DNA of 64,000 nt from the human T2T-CHM13v2.0 reference genome, Homo sapiens. The stretch lies in the NCBI RefSeq assembly GCF_009914755.1, contig NC_060947.1. One strand, 5' to 3'. The position numbers and the translations under genes are program-made. Under the pieces are notes generated by a model that searched no databases, had not been told where the DNA came from, and worked only from the letters and a program-made list of their open reading frames with translations. Position 1 is the stretch's first letter. Each line of letters starts with the position of its first letter. Below, piece after piece: positions 28,719 through 46,965 of this stretch.

Positions 28719-29603
28719 GCAAGTCACTAATTCAAGTCCCCACTCAAGAGGATAGAATTAATTCCACCTTTTGGAAAAGAAGTTATCTACATAAACTATT
28801 CATTAGAGACTTATCTGTACTCCTTTATTTATTTGTTCATGAACATATCTATTTATTCAATAATTTATTTTTATCCTTTTGGTCTGTGTCTATTTACTTA
28901 ATACTATGATTATAATTTAATACTGTTATTTATTGTATTGAACAAATTGTTTCAGCTTTGGCCATTGTGAGCCTTTTCAGATTGGCTCTTATGTCCTTTG
29001 ACATCCTCATCATTTTGTTTTTGAATACTTCCTTAATTTATGGCTCTATAAGATATGACAGGCTCATCTTACACATCCTGTGCCCCAGCCCTAGGATTCA
29101 CCATTTCTCCAAGAAGCCCTGTTTCTTTGATTACAGAATAGTATCAAAAATAACAAGCTTGTTCACCATTACTTTGCTCCTTCTTCAGATACCTCCTGGC
29201 GCAGAACTGTCCAACTCCGCATAAACCCAGAACTTAATGTTGCTTCTGCCTTAGCCCCATCTCCATTAACTTTGTTGGAAAGTATGCCACTCCCAGCTTT
29301 AGCCTAACATTCTTATAATCAGGTGGAGCATTCTTTTGCCTAACAGCAGTAACAAAAATCCCTGAAAAAAGTAAGAAAGTGGAAAGGTAAAATGCCTCTG
29401 TGCTAAAGCACAGTTTATAACCTAAGAAAAGGAATGGAAGTAAATTAAACAAACATTCTTTATGGAAGAGTTTTGATTGCTTCATGAAACGTCATCTCTC
29501 ACAAAACAAGTAAAACAGAAACAAGTTAAGCCTGAAGAGTGAACTAACACTGATTCATGTCAGATAAAGTATTCAAATAATATAGGTGTAAAAACTGATA
29601 AGC

Positions 29604-29974
<371 letters not shown>

Positions 29975-29976
29975 TT

Positions 29977-31038
<1,062 letters not shown>

Positions 31039-32940
31039 TTATTTTTGAGAGACCAGATGGCCAGTAATTTGTAATTTTAAAAAGGCATAAATTAGGTGTC
31101 ACTGCCATCAATACTGAGTCACATATTAATGGTTATGGTCAGCTACTTCAAGAGGTGTGTCTATTGAGCAAGCCTATCAAGAGATAACCACCAAGTATTT
31201 GATAGAAGAGAACCAAAAATTCATCAGAATCCTTCCTTAAAAGTTTCTCTCATATGCAAAGACTATTTTGACTGTGAAATTCACATCCCTTTATGGAAAA
31301 TTCAAGCTTTCCTTTTGCAATTCAACATCTTTGGCTTTGAAACAAAGGAAGACTCTTTGGGGGAGGAAAAAGATCTCCTTTGAAAGTAGTATACGTAGAC
31401 AATTGCTGTCTAGGTGTTAATGAATATTCACTAATTTATACCTTGTATGAAAGCTAAAATGAATTTTGATTTATGTCAAGTATCTCAATAAATCCTATAA
31501 ATTTATTTTTACTTATCTCAATCATAAAAAGTAAAAACATAAAGGAAGTCAGACCTCTTCTTAGCTCAGTCCAGATTGGCTCAATCATTATTTCTTGGTT
31601 AAAGAAACCATGAAGACATGTCTTATTTATTTAGAAAAAATAGACTTTTGTCTTCAATCTTCCTGTAGATGAAGCAGACTCCAATCAAAAAGAGATTTTT
31701 ACCTAAAAACTGTGTTCCAGGCCAATAAATAAAGCTGACAAGGTATCTACCTGCTCAAAACTAGAGAGGAAACTACAGACTTTTTAAGGATAAAAAAGGG
31801 AAGTTTTGAAAAATCTTAACTGTCTCTGTTATGCCCTTTTCTTAAACTAAATAAGGTTAGGTTAAAGATGAGTTTCTCATTTCTTCTTTGAAACTGCATG
31901 ATGAACAACAGATGCGTAAAACACGGCGTGTGTTTCAAATGCTATGCTGTAAACTAATCCAAGCTGGAAGAATTGAGACAAAAAGAATAATCATGCTTTC
32001 ACTGAAACCTTTCTGAAAGACTGACTAAAATCATGGAGAGTGTTTTCCTACTGTGGGAAAATCAATTTTCAGACATTGGTACTAATGGTAACTAACTGAA
32101 ATTGTAAAAGAAGGTGAAATATGTAGAAAACAGCCATGTTGGAGTGGGGGAAAAAACTGAACTGAAGTAAGAAATCAATCAATGAGGTAGGAACCAACTG
32201 AATTTCAGAAAGGGTATATCATCTGTCACCAGATGAAGAATGAACCCAAAGAAATGATAGCTTCAGGAATCAAGAAAAATGACAGTGAAAGAAAATTCCA
32301 ATTGCAATTGGGTGTATGCACAGCGGGAGATAAACTGGGAAGAAGACCCAAGAGATAATAACATTGTCTATATTTAATTTGGCAGTATGAGAACGAGGTA
32401 GACATCTTGTAAAGGCTGTTAAAACTGAAGAGAAAAACACTTGGCAGCTTTAAAGATAAAATTAATGTCTATACATAATGGCTTACACTATGCATGTTCT
32501 GATAAATACTCAGTAATTTATTACACATTATAAATTCCACAAGTATTAATAGTCCAGTTTCATACCTATTTTTTATTTTGGTGTCATTTAGAGTTCTTAA
32601 TATAGTACCCCAAGAAAGTTCTTTTTAAACTAAACCTTAGAGACAAAAAAATAAGTGTAGACAGAACATATCACATTTCCAGAATTAACATCCAAAAACA
32701 CATATTCTAAAGCCTCCCAATGAGAATGGAAAAACTATCAATTAAATAAGACATTATACTCATGAAGTGTCAGCATAGACAATGGTTATTTCAGGAATAC
32801 CACATAAATGTCTTAGTTTTATTCTATTGCCTTTTAAAATTTTCTCCCTTACAAATAACAGAAGTGTTTGAGAATTACTTCTTTGTACCATGAATCCAAG
32901 GTTTCTTTCTCTAAATGCTAATTTTGAAAGACAAAAATTA

Positions 32941-32947
32941 CACACAA

Positions 32948-32990
<43 letters not shown>
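32941..32990. repeat. (CA)n microsatellite
   Basis: Directly visible. Confidence 0.95.
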
Positions 32991-32991
<1 letters not shown>

Positions 32992-32995
32992 CTTT

Positions 32996-33097
32996 CATTA
33001 GCCAGGATTATCCAGAAACACAGAACTAATAGGAGGATGGATGGATACACACATAGGTAGATAGATAGGTAGGTAGGTAGATAGGTAGGTAGGTAGG

Positions 33098-33147
<50 letters not shown>

Positions 33148-33625
33148 CATAGATACATAGATTTTAAAGAAATGGATCACACAATCGTGGAGGCAGAGAA
33201 ATCCCCAATCTTCTACCTGCTAGCTGGAGGCCCAGGAAAGCTAGTTGTGTAGTTCCAGTCCAAGACCAAAGGCTGAGAACCAGGAGAACCAATTATGTAA
33301 GTACTAGCCCAGGTCTGAATGCCTAAGAACCAGTAGAGCCAGTGGTGTAAGTACTACTCCAAAGACAACAGACTGATGTTCCATCTCAAGCAGTCAGGTA
33401 AAGAGAGTAAATTCTACCTTCCTCTGTCTTTATGTTCTATTAAGGCCCTCAATGGATTGGATGATGCTCACCCACACTGGGGAGGGCCATCTGCCTTACT
33501 CAGTCTACAGATTCAAATGCTAATCTCATCCAGAATCACCCTCACAGACATACCCAGAAATAATGTTTAACCCAATATCTGGGCACTCCATGACTCAGTC
33601 AAGTTGACACATAAAATAATTTATA
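32996..33625 (-). mobile_element. MLT2-type (ERVL) solo LTR
   Basis: attagccaggattatccagaaacacagaactaatagg...caccctcacagacatacccagaaataatg...caagttgacacataaaat. Confidence 0.85.
33055..33162. repeat. (TAGG)n/(TAGA)n tetranucleotide STR inside MLT2
   Basis: Directly visible. Confidence 0.95.
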
Positions 33626-33668
33626 TTACATCCCATGTACAGATGTGTTCATTTTCAGACACATACAC

Positions 33669-35885
33669 TGATATGGTTTGGCTGGCTCTATGACCCCACC
33701 CAAATCTCATGTCAAATTGTAAACTTCAGTGTTGGAGAAGGGGCTTGATGAGAGGTGACTGAGTCATGGAGGCAGACTTCCCCTTTGCTGTTCTCATGAT
33801 AGAGTTCTCATAAGATCTGGTTGTTTAAAAGTGTGTAGCACTTCTCGCATCACTCTCTGTCTCTCATGCTGGCCATGTGAAGATTTGTTTGCTTCCCTTT
33901 CACCTTCTGCCATGATTGTAAATTTCCTGAGACATCCCCAGAGGCAGAATCCCATACAGCCCACAGAACTGTGAGTGGATTAAACCTCTTTTCTTTATAA
34001 ATTAACCAGTCTTAGGTATGTCTCTATAGCAGTGTGAGACCTGACTAATACTGAAAATTGGTACTGGGAGTGGAGCATTGCTATAAAGATACCTAAAAAT
34101 GTGGAAGGAGCTTTGAAACTGGGCAATAGACAGAGGATGGAACAGTTTGGAGGGGTCAAAAGAAGATAGGAAGATAAGGGAAAGTTTGGAACTTGCTAGA
34201 GACTTGTTAAATGGTTGTGACCAAAATGCTGATACAGATATAGACAATGAAGTGCATGCTGAGGTGGTCTCAGATGGAGATGAGGAACTTACTGAGAACT
34301 GTAGTAAAGTTGTTGGTATGCTTTAGCAAAGAGACTGGTGCCACTGTACCCTGATTTAGGGTATCTGATGAAAGAAATTTCTAAGCAGCAAAGTGTTCAA
34401 CGCTGCTTTGTAAAGCCTATGCTCATTTGCATAAACAAAGAAACGACCTGAAACTGGAACTTATATTTAAAAGGGAAGCAGAGCATAAAAGTTTGGGAAA
34501 TTTGCAGCCTATGTGGTGGAAAAGAAAAACTCATTTTCTGTAGAGGAATTCAAGCCTGCTGCAGAAATTTGCATAAGTAAAGAGGAGCCGAATGTTAATA
34601 GCCAAAACAATGGAGAAAGTGCCTCCAAGGCATTTCAGAGACGTTTGTGGCAGCCCCTCCCATCATAGGCCTGGAGACTTAGGAGAGAAAAGTGGTTTCG
34701 TGGGCCAGATGAGAGAAAAGTGATTTCGTGGGCCAGACCCAGGGCTCCACTGCTCTGTGCAGCCATGGGACATGGCACCCTGTGTCCCAGCCATGCCAGC
34801 TGCAGCCATGGCTAAAAGGGGCCAAGGTATAGCTCTGGCCATTGCTTCAGAAGGTGCAACCCCCAAGCCTTGGTGGCTTCCACATGGTGTTGAGCCTGCA
34901 GGTGAACAGAAGGCAGAAGGTGAGGCTTAGGAACCTCCACCTAGATTTCAGAGGATGTATGGAAACACCTGAATGTCCCTGCAGAAGTGTGCTGAGGGAG
35001 CAGAGCCCTCATGGAGAACCTCTACTAAGGAAGTGCAGAGGGGAAACATGGGGTAGGAGCCCCACTGGGGCACTGCCTATTGAAGATGTGAGAAGAGGGC
35101 TACCGTCCTCCAGACCCCAGAATGGTAGATCCATCAACAGCTTGCCCTATGCACCCCAAAACATTGCAGACACTCAACACCAGCCCTTGAGAGCAGTCAG
35201 GGCAGCTGAGCCCTGCAGATCCACAAGGGCAGAGCTGCCCAAGGCCTTGCGAGCCCACTCATTGCATCAGTGTGGCCTGGATGTGAGACATGGAGTCAAA
35301 GGAGATTATTTTGGAGCTTTATGATTTAATGTCTGCCCTCCTGGGTTTCAAACTTACATGAAGCCTGTAGTCTCTTTGTTTTGGCCAAATTCTCCCTTTT
35401 GGAAAGGGAGCATTTACCCAATGCCTGTACCCCCACTGTATCTTGGAAGTAACTAACTGGTTTTTTATTTTGCAGGCTCATAGGCAGAAGAGACTTGCCT
35501 TGTCTCAGATGAGACTTTGGACTTGAACTTTTGAGTTAATGCTGGAATGAATTAAGACTTTGGGATACTGTTTGGGGAAGGACCTGGTGGGAGGTGATTG
35601 AATCATGGGGGCAGACTTCCCCCTTGCTTTTCTGGTGATACAGTTTTCACGAAATCTGATTGTTTAAAAGTTTATAGAACCTCCCTTTTCACCCGCTCTC
35701 TTATGCTGGCAATGTAAAGATGTCCTTGCGTCCCCTTCACATTCTGCCATAATTGTAAGTTTCATGAGGTCCCCCTAGAAGCAGAAGCCTGTACAGACCA
35801 TAAAACTGTAAGCCAATTCAACCTCTTTTCTTTATAAATTACCCAGTCTTAGGTCTGTATAGCAGTGTGAGAATAGACTAATACA
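33669..35885 (+). mobile_element. MSTA-like MaLR: 5'LTR 33669-34052, internal region, partial 3'LTR ~35575-35885
   Basis: tgatatggtttgg...actaatac termini; TSD tacac (33664-33668)/cacac (35886-35890); 28-bp tandem duplication at 34683-34738. Confidence 0.92.
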
Positions 35886-36323
35886 CACACCCATCTGCAA
35901 ATAAATAAATCCAAACTAGATCCTTCCAATTATGTGGAATCACTTTTCTATATGAAAACAGGTTGAATTTTGTTAAACTATTTATTTTGACAAAATCTTT
36001 AAAAATGTTTATTTTAAATTGAGGGACAATTATTTGTAAATCAGAACTTCTCAAATTTTCAATAATATTTATAAGCTTATCTGTATAATGAATATATTTA
36101 AAGATGTAAGTATATTGCAGCTAATGCTCTACGACTGGTAAATGGCTAATGTTAGCAAAAAAAATGGTTAATGTTTAATATAATCTGAAACTCACAAAAT
36201 AATTCTTTCCCTTTGATGTAAAAATCAGTCCAATTTGTTGGATCAGTTATGAAAAGTACAACCATAAAAATACTTCATGGAGGTTTTTCTGTTGGTTCAG
36301 TTTCTGTTAAATGTAAGAGAGCT

Positions 36324-36646
<323 letters not shown>

Positions 36647-36814
36647 CTATTGTTGAAAATTAAACTCAGACAAATATTAGCCTTGGTATTTTCTGTATGA
36701 AATAGTGTATTTGTATGTGTATCTGCATATCTCTTGGTATACATACATGCATAGAGAGTAGGATGGTGTAATTTTAAAAGTCACTAAAATAAAAGAAAAA
36801 ATATTATTTCTCTG

Positions 36815-36960
36815 CTCAGATCTTACTCCATTACATCTATGAACTTAGATAAGTAATTTAACCTTTCTGAGACTCAGATTTTTTATGTGTAAAATGAAAA
36901 GGCTGGACTAGTTGATTTCGCTAAAGTTCCTTCTTGTTTTAATGTTTCTGTTATTCTCTG
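36815..36960 (+). mobile_element. MIR3-like fragment
   Basis: aagtaatttaacctttctgagactcag...gtaaaatgaaaaggctggactag...ctaaagttcctt. Confidence 0.65.
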
Positions 36961-37066
36961 ATTTTATATGCATATGTTATTATTAATAATTAACTTTATT
37001 AGGTGAGTTGTAAATCCAGGATGGACTTAGATGTAAATAAACAGCTCCAATTAATAAACTGATATA

Positions 37067-38091
37067 CGTGGAGTCAAGATGGCCGAATAGGAACAGCTCC
37101 AGTCTACAGCTCCCAGCTTGAGCAACGCAGAAGATGGGTGATTTCTGCATTTCCAGCTGAGGTACTGGGTTCATCTCACTGGGGAGTGCCAGACAGTGGA
37201 TGCAGGACAGTGGGTGCAGTGCACCATGCTCGAGCTGAAGCAGGGCGAGGCATCGCCCCACCCAGGCAGCACAAGGGGTCAGGGAATTCCCTTTCCTAGT
37301 CAAAGAAATGGGTGACAGACAGCACCTGGAAAATCAGGTCACTCCCACCCTAATACTGTGCTTTTCCAATGGGCTTAACAAATGGCACACCAGGAGATTA
37401 TATCCCACACCTGGCTCAGAGGGTCTTATGCCCACGGAGCCTCGCTCATTGCTAGCACAGCGGTCTGAGATCAAACTACAAGGCGGCATCGAGGCTGGGG
37501 GAGGGGCGCCCACCATTGCTCAGGCTTGAGTAGGTAAACAAAGTGGCCGGGAAGCTCAAACTGGGTGGAGTCCACCACAGCTCAAGAAGGACTGCCTGCA
37601 TCTGTAGGCTCCACCTCTGGGGGCAGGGCACAGACAAACAAAAGACAGCAATAACCTCTGCAGACTTAAATGTCCCTGTCTGACAGCTTTGAAGAGAGTA
37701 GTGGTTCTCCCAGCACGCAGCCTGAGATCTGAGAACGGGCAGACTGCCTCCTCAAGTGGGTCCCTGACCCCCGTGTAGCCTAACCGGCAGGCCCTCCCCA
37801 GTAGGGGTGGACTGACACCTCACACGGCCGGGCACTCCTCTGAGACAAAACTTCCAGAGGAACGATCAGGCAGAAGCATTTGCGGTTCACCAGTATCCAC
37901 TGTTCTGCAGCCACAGCTGCTGATACCCAGGCAAACAGGGTCTGGAGTGGACCTCCAGTAAACTCCAACAGACCTGCAGCTGAGGGTCCTGACTGTTAGA
38001 AGGAAAACTAACAAACAGAAAGGACATCCACACCAAAAACCCATCTGTACATCACAATCACCAAAGACCAAAAGTAGATAAAACCACAAAG
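37067..38091 (+). promoter_or_regulatory. L1 5'UTR internal sense promoter and antisense promoter region (YY1 motif aagatggcc near the 5' end)
   Basis: Complete primate L1 5'UTR sequence; activity at this locus is not demonstrable from sequence. Confidence 0.75.
37334..37516 (-). pseudogene. ORF0: L1 antisense ORF0, truncated at 60 aa by a premature stop
   Basis: MVGAPPPASMPPCSLISDRCASNERGSVGIRPSEPG...IRVGVT* matches primate L1 ORF0. Confidence 0.85.
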
Positions 38092-39106
38092 ATGGGGAAA
38101 AAACAGAGAAGAAAAACCGGAAACTAAAAATCAGAGCGCCTCTCCTCCTCCAAAGGAATGCAGCTCCTCACCAGCAACAGAACGAAGCTGGACGGAGAAT
38201 GACTTTGACGAGGTGAAAGAGGAAGGCTTCAGAAGATCAAACTACTCCGAGCTAAAGGAGGAAGTTCGAACCAATGGCAAAGAAATTAAAAACTTTGAAA
38301 AAAAATTAGATGAATGGATAACTAGAATAACCAATGCAGAGAAGTCCTTAAAGGACCTGATGGAGCTGAAAACCACGGCATGAGAACTACGTGACGAACG
38401 CACAAGCCTCAGTAACCGATGCGATCAACTGGAAGAAAGGGTATCAGCAATGGAACACGAAATGAATGAAATGAAGTGTGAAGAGAAGTTTAGAGAAAAA
38501 AGAATAAAAAGAAACGAACAAAGCCTCCAAGAAATATGGGACTATGTGAAAAGACCAAATCTACCTCTGATTGGTGTACCTGAAAGTGACGTGGAGAATT
38601 GAACCAAGTTGGAAAATACTCTGCAGGATATTATCCAGGAGAACTTCCCCAATCTAGCAAGGCAGGCCAACATTCAAATTCAGGAAATACAGAGAACACC
38701 ACAAAGATACTCCTCAAGAAGAGCAACTCCAACACACATAATTGTCAGATTCACCAAAGTTGAAATCAAGGAAAAAATGTTAAGGGCAGCCAGAGAGAAA
38801 GGTCGGGTTACCCACAAAGGGAAACCCATCAGAGTAACAGCTGATCTCTTGGCAGAAACCCTACAAGCCAGAAGAGAGTGGGGGCCAATATTCAACATTC
38901 TTAAAGAAAAGAATTTTCAACCCAGAATTTCATATCCAGCCAAACTAAGCTTCATAAGTGAAGGAGAAATAAAATCCTTTACAGACAAGTAAATGCTGAG
39001 AGATTTTGTCACCACCAGGCCTGCCCTAAAAGAGCTCCTGAAGGAAGCACTAAAAATGGAAAGGAACAACCGGTACCAGCCACTGCAAAATCATGCCAAA
39101 TTGTAA
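38092..39106 (+). pseudogene. L1 ORF1p remnant
   Basis: atggggaaaaaacag start; frameshift near 38123; stops at 38381, 38600 and 38990; ENTLQDIIQENFPNLARQ...REKG...YPAKLSF. Confidence 0.92.
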
Positions 39107-39169
39107 AGACCATCGAGGCTAGGAAGAAACTGCATCAACTAACGAGCAAAATAACCAGCTAACATCATA

Positions 39170-42994
<3,825 letters not shown>

Positions 42995-43989
42995 ACAATG
43001 AGAACACATGGACACAGGAAGGGGAACATCACACACCGGGGACTGTTTTGGGGTGGGAGGAGTGGGGAGGGATAGCATTAGGAGATATACCTAATGCTAA
43101 ATGACGAGTTAATGGGTGCAGCACAGCAACATGGCACATGTATACATATGTAACTAACCTGCACGTTGTGCACATGTACCCTAAAACTTAAAGTATAATA
43201 ATAATAATAAAATAAAATAACAATAAATAAATAAATAAATAAACTGATATAGGAATCTGTGAGATAGCAAGGGAAAAGTTAGCTTAGTTGCAGAAGTATC
43301 TCAATACAACATATCCAAAATGGATAAATAAGATGAAACAAGGAGTGAAGCCAAATGCACATTTTGAAGCAAGTTATACTTGCTAGAAGGAAACAAATTT
43401 AGTTTCTAAGGAAATAGCAGCAAATATCAAAAGGGAAACATGTCCGTCTATGCAATTTTTATTGTCCTTGAGATTATTTTAAGCCATTCAGAGAAAGTAT
43501 CACTTTTCCTGTTATCAAGAGAAGAATTCATCTATGGTTCCTCTTTATGATGCTGTGAAATGTAGTAAAGAACACTAAACAGCAACCTTCCATGAAATAC
43601 AACAACTACTTTCAAGGGGTAGTTCATTACAATATTCCTTATATAAGGACTTCAAGCCTGTACTTTTTTTTTTGTCCACCCTGCCCAAGCCTATACTTTC
43701 TGATGATTAGCTGAATAGAGCTATGGAGCTATTCTATCATGCTCATTTAAATGCAGAGGTACATGTTATATATTGTCCAAGGACACCCACCTTAATAGAA
43801 GAAAACCATAAGTCTGTCTGGGGGCATGCCAAGAAAGTATTACAGGCAAGTCAGAGGTTGTCTCATTTAAAAATTTGGCTACCCTGGGAAACAAATGGAA
43901 GATCAAAGCTACAATAATTTTAATCTGTAAAAAACAATATAAGTACATATGTGTAACCAAATACCCACCTAACTATAAAGCCAACCTTG

Positions 43990-44409
43990 TTATACAGCAG
44001 ATGTGTTTTAACAAATCTCATTTCCTGGGCATATGGCCCTCTTTCATTGGTAAACAAAAACCTCTCCCCAGCCCCCTTGAAGTTGGGCAAGGCAATCTAA
44101 TTGTCATTCATCGATGAAATGTGATTGGAAGTGATATGGGTCATTTATGGCTTGAGGCAATGAAAAGTCCCCAGATAACTCTCCAATCTTCCTCTTCTCT
44201 TGTTAGGATAATACTGGAGAACACCTCAGGTTGGGATCATAGAATAACAAGATCCTTAGATTGCCAAGTAACTTCCTGAAAGATCGACATCCCTGGGGAA
44301 TCACCCAGACATCCAGCAGACTTCAAAAAAAGTAAAAATAAACTTTTGTTACGTTAATCACTGAAGAATTGTTACTGTAGCATGAGTTTAGACTATCATA
44401 ACTAATACA
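43990..44409 (+). mobile_element. MLT1-type (old MaLR) solo LTR
   Basis: gaaatgtgattggaagtgatatgggtca...aaataaacttttgttacgttaatcactga...ttgttactgtagcat...actaataca. Confidence 0.7.
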
Positions 44410-44633
44410 GCATCCATATAAAGTATAGTTCTCTGATGAATACCCAGATAAACTGGTTGCAAAGCATACTTCTAAATAACTGAAGGAATGCACTCCATAG
44501 GCTCGCTATTCATGTCAAATAAATGTTGGGTAATAGCTACCAAATAAACAAACAAACAAAGTTGGTTTTGGGGAATTCTGTGAATTCCTTCTTTCTGGCA
44601 GTAATTAAATAAGCCAGTGTCCAGTAAAGCCAC

Positions 44634-45090
44634 TGTATCAGACAGGATCCTGGCAGTAAAGAGGCAGTATATTCAAATGGAATAATTGAGGACAATTTAA
44701 TGACGGGATACTTAAAAATTGTTGACAGGGTTAAAATAAAATAATATGGTAAGAAAAACCAAGTTCTCATTAATACTCTAGACTAGCAAAGGTATAGATA
44801 CATCATCACCCTAAAGCTAAAGGGATAATGAGAAAAAAATGGTTCCCAGTATCCAAATAAAGCTGAGACTCTAGCCTTTGGGAAAAAAAATGAACCCACA
44901 GTCAACTTGTAACCTGATCTCTCTTTTCTCCAGCCTTCTGATCTTCTGTGAGTGCATTGGCTATAAACAACGAGAAGTGAGAGCAGAGTGGAGACTGTTG
45001 GTACCGTCCAAAGAGGCCCACCGTCCAAGGCACAAAGGAGGGTGGAGAAGGCTGGAAGATGAATCTGCAGGGACAAATCCAAGATAGCCA
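44634..45090 (-). mobile_element. LTR33-like ERVL LTR
   Basis: tgtatcagacaggatcctggcag...ggagggtggagaaggctggaagatgaatctgcagggacaaa. Confidence 0.55.
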
Positions 45091-46384
45091 ACCAAAGCCA
45101 TGCTATCTGCATGGTGGATAATTTTTATCTTTCTGTTCTCAATAGAGGAAGAGTAAGACTATCACAATACCTCAGAAAAAAACATTCTGAGGTCCTAAGA
45201 AAGGATAGAAAGGAAGTGGAAAATAGGGACAGATAAGAGAGACATTCTGCAGGTTGAATAAATAGACTCATGGTAATTGATTGTGAAGAATGAAGGCATT
45301 AAAAAAGAAGGTAAGGAAATGCTTCTAATTTATTTGAGAGAATGAGTCAAGAAAACTAGTGGTTCTGGCTTGGCATCCTGTAGCCAATCTGAATAAGGCC
45401 AATGTTGGAGGACTCAGGTTATTCAGAACGACAAACAGACTTGCCAACTGCTGGAACATCAATGTAGTTGGATTAGGAAATAGAACCAAGCCCTCTTTTA
45501 CTACCTATCCCTCAACTTTCTCTTGACGAGGAATTTACCCTCTGATCAAAGTAAGATGTGTAATCTGCTCCTTACTTAGATTCATTTCATATGTGCTCCC
45601 ATGATCTATAGCAGAAAATGATAATTCAGGGTACATTCACAAACAAGAGACATAGCTGCTTTTGCCTGTAATTATTAATCATTTACACATGACATTATCT
45701 TTGCAAAGTATTTGGCAACCATTAATTAAATCTCATAACACTCCTGTAGGTAGCTTTCTAATAAAAAGAAACATTCACAGAAGCCCAGCCCTCATCAAAA
45801 CTGAGAAAAGGGCACATAATTTCTTCAATATACCCTTCCTCTTCCAGGCACCAAGGACCTACAAGCTACTCCCATATAGCCCATGTCTTCCTGCCACAAA
45901 GGTCCTCCTGGACCTAGAAGGTGGCCATCCTATGCTCTCAAATTCCCTTTTCCCAACTCCCAAAATCTAACCCCTCAGGGTAGTAGCATTCATTTACTGA
46001 AATAAACTTAATTTTGTCTAACTTGTTACCAGATACAACAGTATCTTAATCCCAAAGAGATGCAATAAATGGCAGATTTCATAAACTGTAACAGAAGAGG
46101 GTACCAATACATTTTTTCATAAGGGAAAAAAGTTTGCTTCATTTTTTTCCCAAGTCTACATTATTGAAGATTAGTCTTGGGTATACTTGCTTCAAATATA
46201 TAGCATGATTATGACAATCGAGAATACAAGTGCAGGGCTCTGGACAATATGGATAATGCTATCCAGATTGAACAATTTGGACAGAACTTCCTAACAGGAA
46301 GAGCTGGAGAATGGACTTACCTGGGCCTACCAACCGTGGCCATTCCAAATTACTCATCCTTTGAACAGGAAGGGAAAAGTCAAT

Positions 46385-46965
46385 GTCTTCCTTCCCCACA
46401 TCCTAAACCTACTACTTCATCTATAATTTGAATCTCACCTAATAGCTTCACCATTTACATAGTTTCCAAAACCAGAATCCTTGGATTTTTCCTCAACACC
46501 TTCTTCTTCATCATACTACATATACAAAACAATCACCAATCAAGTCCTGTTGATTCTATCTACAAAATTAAAAATGAAAATTGCCAACTCTCCTCCATTT
46601 TCCTCCTATTCCCTTACTTCACACTATTGTCATCTCTTTTCTGGAAGATTAAAAATTTTCTGGCCTTGGCCTCATCCAATTTCTTCTCTGATACCAGGGT
46701 AACTTTTAAAATATGAATCTGGAAAACACTATTTATAATAGTTCAGACTTCACTCCCTCTATGAAGTCTACCCCAATGCCTTAGGCATAGTCGTCTCCTT
46801 CTGTGTCCATCTCTCTATTGTAGCAATTAATATATCACACTGTTATGCATCTACTTTAATATCTATTTCTTCATTACATTTGGAGTATAGGGACTACATC
46901 TTCCTCATCTCTTTATATCCAGAATTGTGCCAAGACATATATTTTTTGCTACACATTTGTTAAAA
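46385..46965 (+). mobile_element. L2 fragments
   Basis: caatcaccaatcaagtcctgttgattcta; agggactacatcttcctcatctctttatatcc. Confidence 0.6.

Larger units (their letters stand above)
26128..29150 (-). mobile_element. L1MC-type 3' region hosting an AluJ and an MSTA
   Basis: Antisense L1MC 3'UTR (tggaataattttaaatttagagaaaaattacaaag...ttggtacattactactaac; resumes aagtcactaa...ttgtttcagctttggccattg). Confidence 0.75.

Noticed and set aside
31669-31742. Plus-strand exon-like segment (ttcctgtag|ATGAAG...CAAG|gtatct)
   Set aside because: Weak donor, short, and no supporting plus-strand partner.
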